Positions 42,897 through 56,891 are shown, numbered from the stretch's first letter. The stretch is DNA of 64,000 bases from Chrysomallon squamiferum (GCA_012295275.1 CM022674.1:8680001-8744000), one strand, 5' to 3'. Numbers and translations are program-made. Notes: a model not told the origin generated them from the sequence alone.

Positions 42897-43870
42897 CAGT
42901 AAGCAATAAGGTGGCTTAACAATGTAGCCTGCAAAATGTTTTTCTAATCACCGAATTAAGTCAGTTTTTTACTGCTGAATTAACAACTGAAACTGTTAAT
43001 TAGTTTTAATAATTTAATTACAGAAAATGGAATATTGTGTGTAATCATGCATGGAAGGAAATAATGAAACATCTATGTTAAGCACCATGCAGATACTTTC
43101 AGGTCATTTCTCTTTATATTCATTTACAAATATTCAGATATTCATACATATATAATAATGATATATATGTATGTATGTGTATAAACACACACACAAATAT
43201 CCACAAATAAAAGCAGATGAATGAAAACAAAATAACCAGGCAGTTTTTTCATTAATTTTTTTTACCTTCATTTAATAATGTAAATGTATGTTCTATGTCA
43301 AGCATGTAAGTGATATTAACAACCAATAGTCAAATGTAATTATATGTAATTTATATGTATGTACAATTAATTAGTTTTGTGTATGTGAATGTATAGTTTT
43401 ATCTCTGAATATAATTAAGCTTATGTATAAAAATAAAAATACATTATTAAAGGCTTAAAAACTATTTATATAACAAAATGGTTGGGATATAATTCACATG
43501 GTCTTATATTTCCTAAAGTATTTTGTAATCTAAGATTATGTTTATATATGGATAATTACTTCTGTAGAACATACAATTCTGTGGCTTGAAAATATGACAG
43601 TTTCTTTAATAACCTAAAATGTGGTTACAGTATTTGAAAAAAGTAAATAAAAAATATACATATATATAAATACAAAACTTTGCTTTGAATTAGCCAACCA
43701 CTGAATGCATGTAATTTATAAGAGTGTAAACATTTTTACTCAACACCGAAATAAGTGTTTCATGATTTATATTTTCTTATAATATATCATAATGGTATGT
43801 AAATTAGTAATTTGTGATAAATTCCTGTTATAAGTTATTCAGCAGTAAAAACTGACAACACAGTGTGTGT

Positions 43871-43902
<32 letters not shown>

Positions 43903-46900
43903 TCAGTATGGAATAAAGTGACTGAACAATGTAGCATGCAAAATGTTTTTCTAATCACTGAATTAAGTCATTTTTTACTGCTGAGTTACCAACTGAAACT
44001 GTTTATTAATTAATTTTAATAATTTAATTGCACAAAATGGAATAGTGAGTGTAATCATGCTTGGAAGGAAATAATGAAACATCTGTGTTAAGGACCATGC
44101 AGATACTTTCAGGTCTTTATTGCAATTGTTCTGTTATGATACATATTTGTGTGGTATGTAACTGATATTTTAATATTATTTAAAATATATGTTTACAGTA
44201 GTAACTTGAGAACACACATCAAAACTATTTATAAATATTCAATTCACATACATGTATACTATTACATAATGATACATTACACACCCACACACAGATATCC
44301 ATATATATATATCAATACACACACATACTCACATACCATTTACAGAACTGATTAAATTGTAAGCAATTTTACACTTTGCCATATAGGAACAGTTACAAAT
44401 ATATGAGACTGCTCATTAATATGCCATTGTTTTTAACTTTTTGATCCTAATCAGATTTACTTTATATATTTAACTTTAACAGAAACAAATACAGTTTAGT
44501 CCATCTTATTTCTTTTTCAACCTGTGTTAATGATTTTCACCAAATGTCCTGAAACAACAGATATTGATAAACATTTTGTTCTCTTTCTTCAAACAATGAT
44601 TTAATTTTCCTATAATTACATTTCATATTCAATTATTTCTTATCTATTGCTGCTGGCATTATTTAGTGTATTATAAATCAATATCTGTGCCTCATGTGTT
44701 CATTTATTAACTATTATTCAGTTTATATGAAAGGTGCTAATATTAGCTTTTGCTAAATTTGACTGCCACTGAAAGAGAGATAACAACCATTATGCAAAAA
44801 TTAAATTAAAAGTTATAAAAAAAAAAAAACATTAAAAAAATATAAAACATTATTTGGCTGTTGTATAGAATCAGTTAAAATAATAAGTCAATCTACATTA
44901 TATTTGATTTAATTAGAAATGTCTATAATTTTTTAAAGAAATATATATTTCTTAAAATTGTTTATTGAATTTACTGAAATTAATTAGATTGTGTGTGTAT
45001 GTGTTAATATTAGATAGATATAAAGACAGATATATATATATATATATTTGTTTGTGTGTGTGTGTTTGTGTGTATTTGCTAAAAAGAACATTAACATCTT
45101 ACAGAATATAAACTGTTTCTAAAATCAATAGGTTACATGCAGAAAGATCTGAATATATCTGTTGGTAAGCAGAATTGGGCAGTTCATATATATCACATAC
45201 ATATCACCTTTAAAATGTAATAAAATATACAATGTTCAAGTATTTGTACTATGGAAATCAAATGAAAAATAAATTGAATTTACTTATTTATGATGTTATT
45301 TTGATTATAAAAATGCTAAATACAAATATTCAAATCTTCAGATTGTAAATACTGATGAATGAATAAGAACGTGTTTTTTGTAAATAGTGGGTGACTTCAT
45401 CCATTATGATAGCAAGTACTCTTATGAATCTGCACCAAAAACTGTATACCATCCAGACAAGAGTAATACCATTGATGTCTGTTGACTTTATCAACATATG
45501 CCATAACCCTGTAAACTTAATCATATCTTACCAAATTATTTATAATTTTTAATAGCTTAGTATTATTTCAAAAATATCACACACACACACACACACACAT
45601 AATAGAATCAATCATGCACAGACACACAGAAATAGCAAAACTACAAACACTTCTTTTATCTTAATATACCTATACTATAAACATACAGTGAGATACACAG
45701 ACTTAAAAACACAAAAAGAATATATAAATTTAGAAGTCTATAGAATATTCCTTTATAGTTTTAAAAACAAATGAAAAAATCAGTGAGTTTTTTAATTATT
45801 AAACAGTTTAATACATGTATTTAACAAAATGCTTGATATTAAAATCATGTTTGCAAAAAACAATTATATTAACTTCATATTGATTACAATTTTATTAAGT
45901 AAAATATTGTACATACTGTTGTAAAAAAAGAAAATAGAAAAAGAAATTCAACTCCTGTGGTATTACACTTAAATGTTGTATTTAAATTTTAATGTATATA
46001 TAATAACCTTTTATAAAGGAAAAAAGAAAAAAGATACTAATACTAAAAAGTAATTTTTTACATGCATGTAATAAAAGAAAACAAGTGATCAATTAAATAT
46101 ATTTAATACCTGCTGTCAGCAATTATGACAGGTTAAAATTATTAATAAACTAATATTAATATTAATTTTGGTAAGATATATAATGAATTATTGGAATGGG
46201 GTTTATTCATTCTAAATTTATGAGTTTGGAGTTTAATAATAATAATAATAATTTCAAAAACTAAGTTCAATATGCAGTTTTAATTATCAGTTTCCAGCCC
46301 AAGCCGAACTGTAAATACAAATAAAATCTGTTGTGTTTTCTAATAGCGAAATCTTCTGCTGTGCTATGGTACTGAAAAAAACAAGTTGTTTGTTCCTAAC
46401 AAATATTTCATTTATCTTTAACAGAAGAAAAGATTACTTTTTTAAATTATTATTATTATAAATAAATATGTAATAAAACACAGAAACTGTGCAAACTAGA
46501 AAAATAAATTTACATAATAATAATAATTGTTTAAATGAATAAATGAATAAATAAATAAACTCACTAAATAACATTGTTCATCATTAAAACAAACATATTT
46601 TGGTTTTAAATTTCAGTTTTTGTGCAATATATGCATGTAGCCAAACAATTCCTACAGCTTAACCAAACATACATATATACACACATACACTCATATTATA
46701 TTACTTACATTTCAAACATGAAACTAATGAAACAAAGTAACACATAAAGGAATTACACACAACAAAAGAATTAATAAACATGTTCTTGCATATATTTATC
46801 AATACAGATATATTTTATTACATTTTTTTTATTCTCAAAGCACAAAAGCATTTTTAAGTTTAACATTACAAAGCTCTGAGTGTGATTTGGTAAAATTATT

Positions 46901-47314
46901 AAGTATCTGGATACAGAGAAGTTCAAGTAATTTAAAACACAATGCATGCCAAATGGATCAGAATGTTTGGGCCATTGAGCAAAGGGAAATCAACCCCTGC
47001 CAAGTAATAATAGACCTGAATCTTAACAGCAGTTCTCTTGTTACGATGGCTACAGCTTTGCAGTTAGCTGTTTCTTTTTTGTGGGAAAAATATGAATTCA
47101 TACCAGAGCGAAATAATGTCTGCAACCTTCATTTATTTATGTCTGTTATTAAATTCCTATATTTTGTTTTAATGACTAAATATCAGTTTCCTTGTAATTT
47201 ATAATTAAATAACTTGTAATTCAAAAAAATGTATACAAATGTACATGGAAACAGACATTCAGTTATTTCAGATCTGCATGTCTTAATGTTTGTATTATAA
47301 ATGAGCATGATCAT

Positions 47315-47364
<50 letters not shown>

Positions 47365-47799
47365 CCACTAATACTAGGGGTTTGTTTGTCAAAGTCAAAG
47401 TCAATAATAATATTTATAATAAATTTAAATAGAAATTAAACTTATCTTTTAAAAAAATTAAGTTTTATTTCATAACACCTTTTAATATGTACATCTATAT
47501 TATATATGTTACTTTATTTCAATCTTTAAAATATTATAAACCGTATTAACAAGTTTTAATTAACATTATATTATTAAGCTGATTTTTAATAACAACAACT
47601 TCAACAAATTAATCAAAATTTGGATGACATTTAAAGAAAGAAAATATTTGGGAAACACGCAAAAATAAAAAACACTTTTAGCTGTTTACAGGTAAAAAGC
47701 CGATACAAATCCTAACAAAACATGATCAGACAGGATTTTCTTTATAGAAAACATAAATTAAAAACTCACACTTAATCGTTGATTTTCAAGCGATGCCAT
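19856..47799 (-). CDS. CCDC30: CCDC30-like long coiled-coil protein, 26 coding exons, 4788 nt, ~1595 aa
   Basis: All 26 exons join in one frame via GT-AG. The C-terminal block (RYMDRKHRTKEKLLRARE...LLQEKRGLITQLTEMEEAL...LQIRTKFLEEENSRLQDRIDSLTQDKQYLDRSL) matches the CCDC30 C-terminal region as I recall it. The N-terminal blocks EMQEVENYVEHIR and SEQIAFLLVERARLL are also typical of long CCDC30-like proteins. Confidence 0.8.
22751..22925 (-). CDS. CCDC30: CCDC30-like exon 25
   Basis: ORF 22664..22993; LTEMEEALRDRSRTL; phase 2-0. Confidence 0.88.
25802..25966 (-). CDS. CCDC30: CCDC30-like exon 24
   Basis: ORF 25798..26010; EFYTQERSRFQEQM; phase 2-2. Confidence 0.88.
26176..26342 (-). CDS. CCDC30: CCDC30-like exon 23
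   Basis: HQQISEVGLLEQIARLQKEVKDLQYEL...TKEKLLRA; phase 0-2. Confidence 0.85.
26522..26696 (-). CDS. CCDC30: CCDC30-like exon 22
   Basis: TLLDETVSKLNHQVSLLKHRESKV; phase 2-0. Confidence 0.85.
27086..27243 (-). CDS. CCDC30: CCDC30-like exon 21
   Basis: AEKLQRELQEVTSK...LEGERLQ; phase 0-2. Confidence 0.85.
29557..29664 (-). CDS. CCDC30: CCDC30-like exon 20
   Basis: RSVNSRQAEHVFSQ...NRAESAEQT; GTGAGT donor. Confidence 0.8.
30023..30251. repeat. TG-rich compound microsatellite region
   Basis: Direct reading. Confidence 0.9.
31413..31496 (-). CDS. CCDC30: CCDC30-like exon 19
   Basis: LWTQIRTLMEKNANLENTKRSLEDQLDR; GTAAGT donor. Confidence 0.85.
31825..31962 (-). CDS. CCDC30: CCDC30-like exon 18
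   Basis: ELLEKKGEVQRLKLTVERLESQLQTE; phase 0-0. Confidence 0.85.
32194..32346 (-). CDS. CCDC30: CCDC30-like exon 17
   Basis: AKHDSAITRLEMELKEVK...DTEQ; GTGAGT donor. Confidence 0.85.
32541..32752. repeat. Degenerate 19-bp tandem repeat (AAAACTGACAATCTTATAG)
   Basis: Multiple copies, with a longer block repeated at ~32564 and ~32678. Confidence 0.85.
32850..32995 (-). CDS. CCDC30: CCDC30-like exon 16
   Basis: KQNMSKSYTAQLESDIEASNRQIQQLREE; phase 1-0. Confidence 0.85.
33204..33273 (-). CDS. CCDC30: CCDC30-like exon 15
   Basis: LSETMAENSNLKLQLKTEKKRTQ; phase 0-1. Confidence 0.82.
33577..34113 (-). CDS. CCDC30: CCDC30-like exon 14
   Basis: ORF 33487..34137; phase 0-0. Confidence 0.88.
34832..34927 (-). 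CDS. CCDC30: CCDC30-like exon 13
   Basis: AMKKNEQVVFEITEMAK...KTQ; phase 0-0. Confidence 0.75.
35276..35368 (-). CDS. CCDC30: CCDC30-like exon 12
   Basis: VKSLESRVMALQDDLFAAQDELQTAQDKYEE; GTGAGT donor. Confidence 0.85.
35687..36158 (-). CDS. CCDC30: CCDC30-like exon 11
   Basis: ORF 35654..36118; phase 2-0. Confidence 0.88.
36667..36704 (-). CDS. CCDC30: CCDC30-like exon 10 (38-nt micro-exon)
   Basis: KALDGSREDLDK; needed to convert phase 0 to phase 2 for exon 11. Confidence 0.75.
36893..37006 (-). CDS. CCDC30: CCDC30-like exon 9
   Basis: IILNHMREQNQKLTSQVKELQTELNE; phase 0-0. Confidence 0.82.
37398..37940 (-). CDS. CCDC30: CCDC30-like exon 8
   Basis: ORF 37329..37940, heptad-rich; phase 0-0. 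Confidence 0.88.
38227..38346 (-). CDS. CCDC30: CCDC30-like exon 7
   Basis: ITKMANELEKGQMIQQQLQMKNKNLRKDVEDMEQQLDEAE; phase 0-0. Confidence 0.82.
38652..38836 (-). CDS. CCDC30: CCDC30-like exon 6
   Basis: ORF 38637..38819; phase 1-0. Confidence 0.82.
39295..39421 (-). CDS. CCDC30: CCDC30-like exon 5
   Basis: VKDLNSQIDKLDDNLSSEKEEKKKLQ; phase 0-1. Confidence 0.82.
39887..40230 (-). CDS. CCDC30: CCDC30-like exon 4
   Basis: ORF 39851..40201; SEQIAFLLVERARLLDELE; phase 1-0. Confidence 0.88.
41025..41217 (-). CDS. CCDC30: CCDC30-like exon 3
   Basis: TELQKAIENE...EMQEVENYVEHIRNLSDERE; phase 0-1. Confidence 0.88.
41500..41619 (-). CDS. CCDC30: CCDC30-like exon 2
   Basis: DSSTDINSIINQRLKEDGLDP...VWKLYQKTE; ag/gt flanks, phase 0-0. 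Confidence 0.85.
42121..44115. repeat. ~1 kb tandem duplication (copies ~42121-43105 and ~43210-44115)
   Basis: atgaatgaaaacaaaataaccaggcag at 42146 and 43218; both copies end in gatactttcaggtc and each carries a (TG)n tract. Confidence 0.93.
47770..47799 (-). CDS. CCDC30: CCDC30-like exon 1 (MASLENQRLS), putative
   Basis: ATG plus 9 codons then canonical GTGAGT donor; phase 0 matches exon 2; lies just downstream of ETS/YY1 motifs. Confidence 0.6.
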
Positions 47800-47929
47800 A
47801 TCTACTCCATTTAATAAAGAATATGTCCTCTAAGTTATGTCATAAAAATACATGGCAGAATGCACAACACTTCATAAACCATCACAATAAGATTGTAACC
47901 TTTAGGTTCAACCATCCAGGAAATCTAAC

Positions 47930-48000
47930 CCATGGAGGCAGCCATTTTCAAACAAATCTTGTTGTCTAATGACGTTGGCTAAAAACCGGAAATAACGACT
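47930..48000 (-). promoter_or_regulatory. Putative CCDC30 core promoter
   Basis: ETS ACCGGAAAT 47985-47993, CRE half-site TGACGT 47970-47975, YY1-like AAAATGGCTGC 47948-47938; local CpG retention. Confidence 0.55.
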
Positions 48001-49544
48001 GAGATGCATATCCTTTTTTTTTTTTTTTTTTTTTCCTTCTTCTGTTTCTCCTTCTTCTTCTTTTTCTGTGTTGGAAAAGAGTTCTGCATAAAAAGTAAAT
48101 AAACAGTATACTATAATAATAAAATTTATTTTAAAAAGATCTGTCTTTATCTGGCCGGTGCTTTCCGAGCTGATTAAATATTCCGAACAGGTGCTCATTT
48201 ATTTCCAAACAAATAAATAAATAAATAAAATGAAATAAAATAAAATAAAATAAGATAATTGAACATAAAAGAAATAGTGATAAAATAAAATAAAATAAAA
48301 GCAATATTGATAAATAAATAAAAAAAGATAGTAAATAAAAGAAATAGTGATAAAATAAAATAAAAATAATATTGATAAAAAAAATAATAATAAAATGAAT
48401 AATTTATAAAAGAAAAAATAAATTTAAATAAATAAATACTGATATATTTTCGAATTTTTTTTTTTTTTTAAAGTAAATATATTATTTATTGTTTATAGTA
48501 ATAATAAAATTAGCCGTAGTGTTGTACTACTAGTAATAGCAATTGAGTGCACATAGCTAAAAAGTTAGCGGTAAAAAATAAATTACACACACACACACAC
48601 GCACACACACATATATATATTAAAAATACGTAATTAATGTTCAAACAAATTCAGAATGTTAATACCAAAGAATATTACAAAATAAAAAATGTATGTGTTC
48701 ATATGCAAATGATCCTTTCTGCATGGTTGCTTTAAAAAATTAAGTATATGCATTCCTGGAGGTAATAATCTGACTAGTCTGTTCGTAGTGAGAAATAGGT
48801 TTTTATGTCTATAAAACTGTATCCTCTTTAACGTCAATACGTACACATTACAATACTAGTAAACCACATATGACTTCCAAGTAATTGATTATACTTATGC
48901 CATTACTCTATAGCTAAATGTTTTTAATGATACTTTATTTATCTGAACCACAATTTTTCAGGTATTAAAATGCTTAAAGTTTAGATAATAAATTGTGTCA
49001 GTGTATTTCTACGACAGCAGCTGTAAAGGTTATTAGCGCCCTTTAAATAATTAAATCAGCATTAATATTACGCTTACACGCTTTTAAATTACTACAGTTT
49101 GAGGCCTTACAACTGTATTCATATATAGGAGGGGAGTTGGGATACATACGTATTTTTTAAAGCGTATTCGTTGTTATTCGTGCATATGTGATGTGTCTGT
49201 GTTTATAGCTCTCACTGTGATTAAGCAAGATCCTATTTGAAATTTGTATATAATTATAGTTTTTTAAAATGTACCTTGGTTGTTGTCATCAATAAATTTA
49301 GTCTAATAAAAATAAAAAGGGATAGCATTAGTTCTATGATAATTTATATTATTATTAGTTGTTGTTGTTATCATCAGTAACTAATATTATCATCATTATT
49401 ATGATGATATAAAGGAGATTGTATTTATTTTTTTCAGACAATATTAGAAAATGTTTAGAGAAAATTGTTTTGCTATGTATCATGTCTTTGTTTTCTCTCT
49501 TACACAGTTGTTTGTTTTTCGCTTATGTGATGTTTCACGAATAC

Positions 49545-50450
49545 GTTTTCTTCTTTGGTAGTTTGGTCTTTGCACTGTATGCCATTGCTGGAAGTAAACG
49601 AATTGTATGTTTTTCTCTTCAAGCAGGTTCCTAAGTTTATGTGAAGATGCCAGCAGTGATTCTTCTTTGAATCTCCGTCTTAGTTTTTGTTACTGGTCTG
49701 TCCCAGACACAAACAGCTTTTAACGATTTCTGTCACTGTATTGTTGACACGTACTGATATATCTTTTTTAAACATCATATTTGTTTTTGACTTTTTAATT
49801 TTCTGTCCTCGTTTTGCAATTCCATCAGCTAATTCCTGCAGTTTTACCTGTAGTTGATGCAGAAAAAGAAAAGAAAAGAAAAAGAAGAACAAAATATGTA
49901 TTCTCCAGCTATCCTTATGCCTCTGGTTTCCCAGATAAAAGGTTTCGAAATACGCTCTTCGTTGCTGCCGTAGACAGCTTGGTTGATATGATGTTTTGCT
50001 TTTCTTTGTGTAGATGAACTGTCTTCGAGGTGCTACTATAGATGGCTTTCAAGAGTTAGATTCATACATCTTCTACCCCTGGCCTGTTGTTGGGGCGAAT
50101 TCAGTAGTGAGTCGAAAGCTTATCGCAACAGACGAAAGCCAAGCAGTTTGGGATTTGTATTCTAGGCACTTCGTCTTCAGCTGGTTTACAAAAGCAACTG
50201 CTCTGTCGTCGAACATGTAACTGAGAATCAAACTTGCTCTCTGGTTTTTGTCGAATATATTTTTTGGTTTCATTGTTAGCTGTTAATTTATTAATGAAAA
50301 ATAATGGTAACAGATAAGAACTTCGAAGTATCTAAAACATTTAAATTATTCTTTGCAATATTGAGTCGTAAGAGACATGCTGTAAAATGAGGTTCGTGAA
50401 TAGATTTGCCTCAACAAAGACTGCGAAAGAACAATAGGACTAACTTTTAG
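49545..50450 (-). mobile_element. Decayed RTE-clade non-LTR retrotransposon (LINE) reverse-transcriptase fragment
   Basis: Frameshifted, stop-ridden translation gives RTE RT motifs in the expected order: VNQLKTKCLEY, IPNCLAFV, GVEDV..LLKAIYSSTSKTVHLHKE, ISTKLSTAATKSVFR, WETRGIRIAGEY, LQELAD...KSKTNMM, VNNT..EIVKSCLCLGQ, KRRITAG, LLPAMAYSAKT. Confidence 0.85.
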
Positions 50451-50689
50451 TTTATGGAAATGCGTTGAGAAAAAATTGCTATCAGTAGTAAAAAATAAAA
50501 ATACAAATACAAAATAAATAAATAAAAAATACAAATAATTTTTAAAAGTGGTTTAATCACATATCTGAGTATAATTCTTTAGTCCGTGTCGAGATAAAAA
50601 TAATTCAAATAATTATATATAAATATATGTTTGTATGTATGTATGTATCGAGGGTTGTTAAATATATATATGGAACAAATCCCGATGTT

Positions 50690-51130
50690 AATGTATCGAG
50701 TGGGGGTTGGAGGGGTGGGCGGAGGGGAATAACTAGAGACTGGTACGTCCATTTTATTAAATAAACACCTCAAAGAAACCAGTCTATAGAATTCGTGTCG
50801 TGATGGCAGGTTCAATCTGAATCAACTGTAAACGCTATTGAATTTTACCTAAGCATGATTTAAATATTGCTCTTTGAAATAATTGTAATTCTGAGGAGAT
50901 TTGTCACAAAATTTGGAAAGTTATACTTTTCAATTATTTGTCAGTAAATGTCCGTAATAATGTAATCAGACTTTAAACTGGTCAAAGAAGCCACGTAACA
51001 CGTTGGCATGACAGTGACTCGATTGAGTCGAGTGACCATGGAACTTGAAATGGATCCCTGGGGAAAACATAAAACACCAGAAACTGGTCTAGTGATACCA
51101 ACTGGATAACAACATATATTGACATTTCAG
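50690..51130 (+). promoter_or_regulatory. Putative SLC35E2 promoter and 5'UTR exon ending at donor CAG|GTAAAG (51130/51131)
   Basis: Sp/KLF GC box GGGGTGGGCGGAG 50712-50724, GCCACGTAA 50990-50998, CpG-retaining segment, donor that can pair with the acceptor at 51594. Confidence 0.55.
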
Positions 51131-51655
51131 GTAAAGTTTGTAAAATATATTTTTTTAATGTTGTTTCTTTATCGCAATACTTGTAGGCTATACTCATAAT
51201 ACTGTGTACATCATGAACACAAAATGAAACATAAAGTGTAATTTCATTTTGTTCAGGATAATAACAATTTTATAAAATCATAAATAGAGAACAGGCAAAT
51301 ATGTGAAGAAACTGATATTTTTTCAACCTTACTGAAAAGTTATTTTCATTAAAACAAATCATTTAGAGTACAATCACTTTCAATCTTAAACATATTTGCA
51401 TGCGACTATGTATATATTACATATAATTTGTATAATTCTTAACTTGTACATAACAATTGGTATAATATATCATTAGTGTAAGGTATGAATAATTAATATA
51501 TTATTAAATAAATTCTTTTTTCTTTTCAATCCATTGTCTGTTTAAGTATTTGAAACCTGTATCATGTGATTTTTTTAAAAATTTTGATTTTTAGGAAAAT
51601 ACATAATGCTATGCAGGACAATTTAATTTACCAACAGAAGAAGTAATTGCTATCA

Positions 51656-54902
<3,247 letters not shown>

Positions 54903-56845
54903 ACTACAATCAACTATATGTGTTCATGTTTGCTATTTGTATATTTGAAAAGCATGATTATATGTTATATTTGTGGATTCTTATGTCTGAATGAAACAAG
55001 AAGAGAAAATGTTTGGGGACAAAAGTTTAGCTACTGTCATATAAATGTAAATTGTATGTGTATTGATTACACTTCATCAGTCACACAACATTTTAATTAA
55101 TCATATAAAATAAAAAAAATGTATGATGAATAGATCTCCCTTGTTTGTGTGTGTATATATAAAATAATATTTTTGTCATTATATAATTTAAACAAAAATT
55201 TTATACAAGAGTATAATTTTTAAAGTATACATTATCACTGCCTAATCATAGCTGTGAATGTAATTTATGATGGTTTATTATTGAGAAATGTTAGCAAACA
55301 GAAAATAATGAGGCCCACAAACAATGAAATTGTTAACTTTGAGTTAATAAATTATTTGAATATAATTACTGTCTATTTTTTCTTTTAAAAAGTAATAATA
55401 ATAATAATACATAGCCATGTGTTTAAAAGCATATGTTTTTTCTCCTAAATATTTAAGGATACTGACAAAAGTAAAGGATGAATGATAAAAAAATACAATG
55501 TTTTATGATCTCATTCAGTTTCCAGTTGTTGATATCTTTTTAAAAAGTAAAATTCAATATTGATGATTCAGATGGTAAAGTTAGTTAAACCTCTTAAATG
55601 CACCTTTGCTCCTAGTACCCAGAAAATGATCATATTAATATACAACATTTTTATTTAGTGTTTGTGATATTTAAACTCATGAAAATAGAACTTCTATTTA
55701 ATCTTTATTTATAAATTTCTAAATTTTTATATCTAGCAAAACATATTCAGAAGGGGTGATGTGGCCAGTCATTTCATCAGTGGTTGCAAATTAACTGCAC
55801 AGACAGTGCTGTAAAAATTGGAATGCTTTACACAATCTAGGATAAAAAATCGAGGACATGCCCATGACATACTGTCATAATGGTTATTTAATCTTTCACT
55901 AAAGTTAGGCAGCTACGAAAAAAAACAATTGTCTTTATTTGAAAAAAAACAATTTATTTATAATAATTAAGATATAATTACATATACCAAATAATCTAGT
56001 AAATTTTTAAGTGTATCATTTTCAAAATTTTGTAAAAGCTGTCCAGTCATCAACAACAGTTGGGACCTTTTTTCATAGAATCGTGCCAATTTAATACAGA
56101 GTTTTTTATTCTTTGTAAGAAAACAGACTTGATAGTTCAGGTATGTGACTGTCAATCAGTTCAGTAGATGAGCAGATAGCTGTATGTATGTATATATGTG
56201 TGTGTGTGTTTTCAAAGATATGTTTAAATGTCACCACTGTACATAACAAATTATATTTAATTATTATTTTTCATTTATTCAGTAAATTTGCAATCATGTA
56301 TTAATTTGACATTAATATGGATATGTTGTATGTATCATGTTTTCTTTCATAATATACCTCAGTAGTTAATTACTAAAATTGTAAAATACAATGCTTACAT
56401 AATCAGTTTTAAAGAGATTTTTTTTCAACAAGGCTTTATATTTAATTTATTTTACTATTAATATGGTAACATCAGCATGTCAGTTTTCAGTGTATACACA
56501 ACATCTTAGCAACAAGTCAGTATTGTCATAGTTTCTTTATTTTAATTTTATAGAAATTAACAGTGATAAAAAATATTTATTTTTAATTTGCTGACAAAAA
56601 CATTGAACTCTTAAAGTTTGATATTATGGTAAAAAGCAATGAATGTTATATTCCACATTCATATATTTTAATTAAAATTGATTAAATTTGAAACTAGCAC
56701 TATATTTTATATTTAATTGATTTAATTTATTATTGAATTACAGCTAATTAAATATTTTCTTAAAGGGAACATGCTAGGAGAAAAATGACATCTGTTATCT
56801 TGTAGAAATATATATGTATGATGAACACCAGCAGTTTGAAACACA

Positions 56846-56891
<46 letters not shown>

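Noticed and set aside
47908-48198. 96-aa minus-strand ORF upstream of CCDC30
   Set aside because: Runs through poly-T/low-complexity DNA and the promoter motifs; no recognisable homology
48200-48480. Extremely A-rich tract with a short duplication (AAAAGAAATAGTGATAAAATAAAATAAAA)
   Set aside because: Ordinary low-complexity slippage; at most nucleosome-disfavouring DNA beside a promoter
50101-50279. Minus-strand open frame ending ...HVRR-QSSCFCKPAEDEVPRIQIPNCLAFVCCDKLSTHY*, resembling a Cys-rich defensin or neuropeptide after a dibasic site
   Set aside because: No signal-peptide exon or ATG found and the Cys count is odd; the segment is explained as frameshifted RTE reverse transcriptase (IPNCLAFV corresponds to the RT IPLCIAFVD motif)
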